A stretch of 64,000 nucleotides of DNA, from positions 217,062,001-217,126,000 of the forward strand of contig OZ024740.1 of assembly GCA_964016885.1 (NCBI GenBank), given 5' to 3'. Position numbers and translations under genes: made by a program. The DNA comes from Eledone cirrhosa (Eukaryota). Positions within the stretch are counted from its first letter, which is position 1; the number at the start of each line of letters is the position of its first letter. Below are positions 62,434-64,000 of this stretch, in pieces. Below the pieces are notes generated by a model that was not told where the DNA came from, ran no database searches, and worked only from the letters and a program-made list of their open reading frames with translations.

Positions 62434-62778
62434 GGAGGCACATGGTTTAGTGGTTAGAGCATTGGCCTTGCAATCGAAAGGTTGTGAGTTCAATTCTCAG
62501 ACCGGGTGATGTGTTGTTTCCTTGAGCAAGACACTTTATTTCACATTGCTCCAGTTTTCTCAGCTGTAGAAATGAGATGATAGGGACTGGGGTCCCTATC
62601 ATTCCACTGCAAAGTGGTCGTGGGGGTGCCACAGCAAAAAAGCACCCAGCACTCACTGTAAATGAGGTTGGTGTTAGGAAGGGCATCCAGCTGTAGAAAT
62701 CAAGCCAGAATCAGTTCCCGTCCCACCCTCGCAAGCAGGGAAAAGCGGACGTAAAATGAAATGATGAATGATGATGAT
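62434..62778 (+). mobile_element. tRNA/CORE-like SINE, full length, with RTE family B tail
   Basis: A-box TGGTTTAGTGG, B-box GAGTTCAATTC, CORE-like CCTTGAGCAAGACACTT...CTCAGCTGTAGAAATGAG; tail matches 45427-45470. Confidence 0.9.
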
Positions 62779-62781
62779 TTC

Positions 62782-62812
<31 letters not shown>

Positions 62813-62840
62813 TATTTCATATATTTCATATATATATATA

Positions 62841-64000
62841 TATAAAGAAACAGTCAGCAAGGTTAGAATTAACAACGAATATAGTGAAGAGTTTAGCGTA
62901 AAAGTTGGCGTCCATCAGGGCTCTGTTCTCAGCCCCCTACTATTTATTATTGCCCTTCAGGCTATAACAGAGGAGTTCAAGACAGGCTGCCCATGGGAAC
63001 TCCTATACGCAGACGACCTGACACTCATAGCGGAATCAATGGCCGAGCTAGAGAAGAAATTCCAAACATGGAAGCACGGCCTAGAGTCAAAAGGACTTAA
63101 AATTAACCTGGCTAAGACCAAAGTTCTAGTTTGTAGGAAAGAAAACAAGGCGGCGGTCCCTTCTGGGAAATGGTCGTGCTCGGTATGTAGGAAAGGCGTA
63201 GGTAGAAACTCCATCTTATGTCCTAAATGCAAAGTATGGGTGCATAAAAGATGTAGTGGGATCACAGGTAAGCTAACTAAGAACATAGACTTTACATGTG
63301 GCCGGTGTTCTGGTGCAATAAGTAGCAGCAAGTGCCCACAAAATACTAGCTCTTTCAATTGCGCAGAGGGTTCTATAGAAATAGTGGACAGCTTCCGTTA
63401 CCTGGGCGATAAAATCAGCAGTGGGGGAGGGTGCTCTGAAAGTACTGTAGCTAGAGTCAGAACTGGTTGGAAAAAGTTCAGAGAGCTTATACCACTATTA
63501 GCTGCTAAAGGGTTCTCCCTAAAAATGAAAGGCAGGTTGTACGATGCCTGCATACGAACAGCAATGTTGCATGGTAGTGAGACCTGGGCATTGTGTGCAG
63601 AGGATATACGCAGACTAGAGAGGAACGAAGCTTGCATGCTCCGCTGGATGTGTAACAGTAATATACGTGAACGGCAAAGCATAAACGAACTAAGGAAAAA
63701 ATTAGAGATAAGAGGGATCAGATGTTGTTTACTCGAGAGAAGGCTGCGTTGGTATGGACACGTGATGCGCATGAAAGTCGATAGCTGTATTACAAAGTGC
63801 AGGGCAATAAAGATAGACGGTAGCCACGGAATAGGCAGACCTAGAAAAACATGGGATGAGCTGATAAACTCCGACCTCACACACTTACACCTCTCCAAGA
63901 CAATGTCACTGGACCGTGACCTTTGGCGGTACTCAGTAACAGAGAAGACCCGCCTTGCCAGTAGGCATCTCTAACAAAATACACCCCTCCCGCCGCCACC
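62841..64000 (+). mobile_element. RTE-clade LINE family A, 5'-truncated young copy running off the window end
   Basis: Near identical to 30461-31680; open frame to 63974. Confidence 0.95.

Noticed and set aside
62434-62510. tRNA gene
   Set aside because: Pol III boxes continue into a CORE-like body and LINE tail in several copies; this is a SINE head.
47800-64000. FoxP forkhead-domain exon
   Set aside because: No RPPFTYASLI or WKNAVRHNLSLH coding sequence was found by eye; it presumably lies beyond the window.

Overview
AT-rich, repeat-dense animal genomic DNA. An octopod cephalopod origin is inferred from the microsatellite density, SINE/LINE types and protein sequence. The whole window lies inside a + strand FoxP (forkhead box P) gene. 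Four clear coding exons (8626-8856, 14685-14835, 34883-34970, 47722-47799) splice in frame and encode the SPAEIQQLWKEV motif, the C2H2 zinc finger and the leucine zipper. The forkhead domain and the start codon were not found in the window. There is also a candidate 45-nt cassette exon at 56594-56638. The introns hold RTE, CR1-like and R4/Dong LINE fragments, two tRNA-derived SINE families, a DD37D/maT transposon, several MITE families and five large minisatellite arrays. Most ORFs in the supplied track are artefacts of repeats. Two patterns stand out. (1) Three sequence-unrelated palindromic elements each carry outward-facing minimal hammerhead ribozymes plus AATAAA, in the architecture of inverted Penelope-like terminal repeats, and there are further solo degenerate hammerheads. 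(2) Two kilobase-scale minisatellites can be traced to retroelement segments: the end of an R4/Dong ORF and a SINE/LINE 3' stem-loop. All calls are by eye; no searches or folding programs were run.
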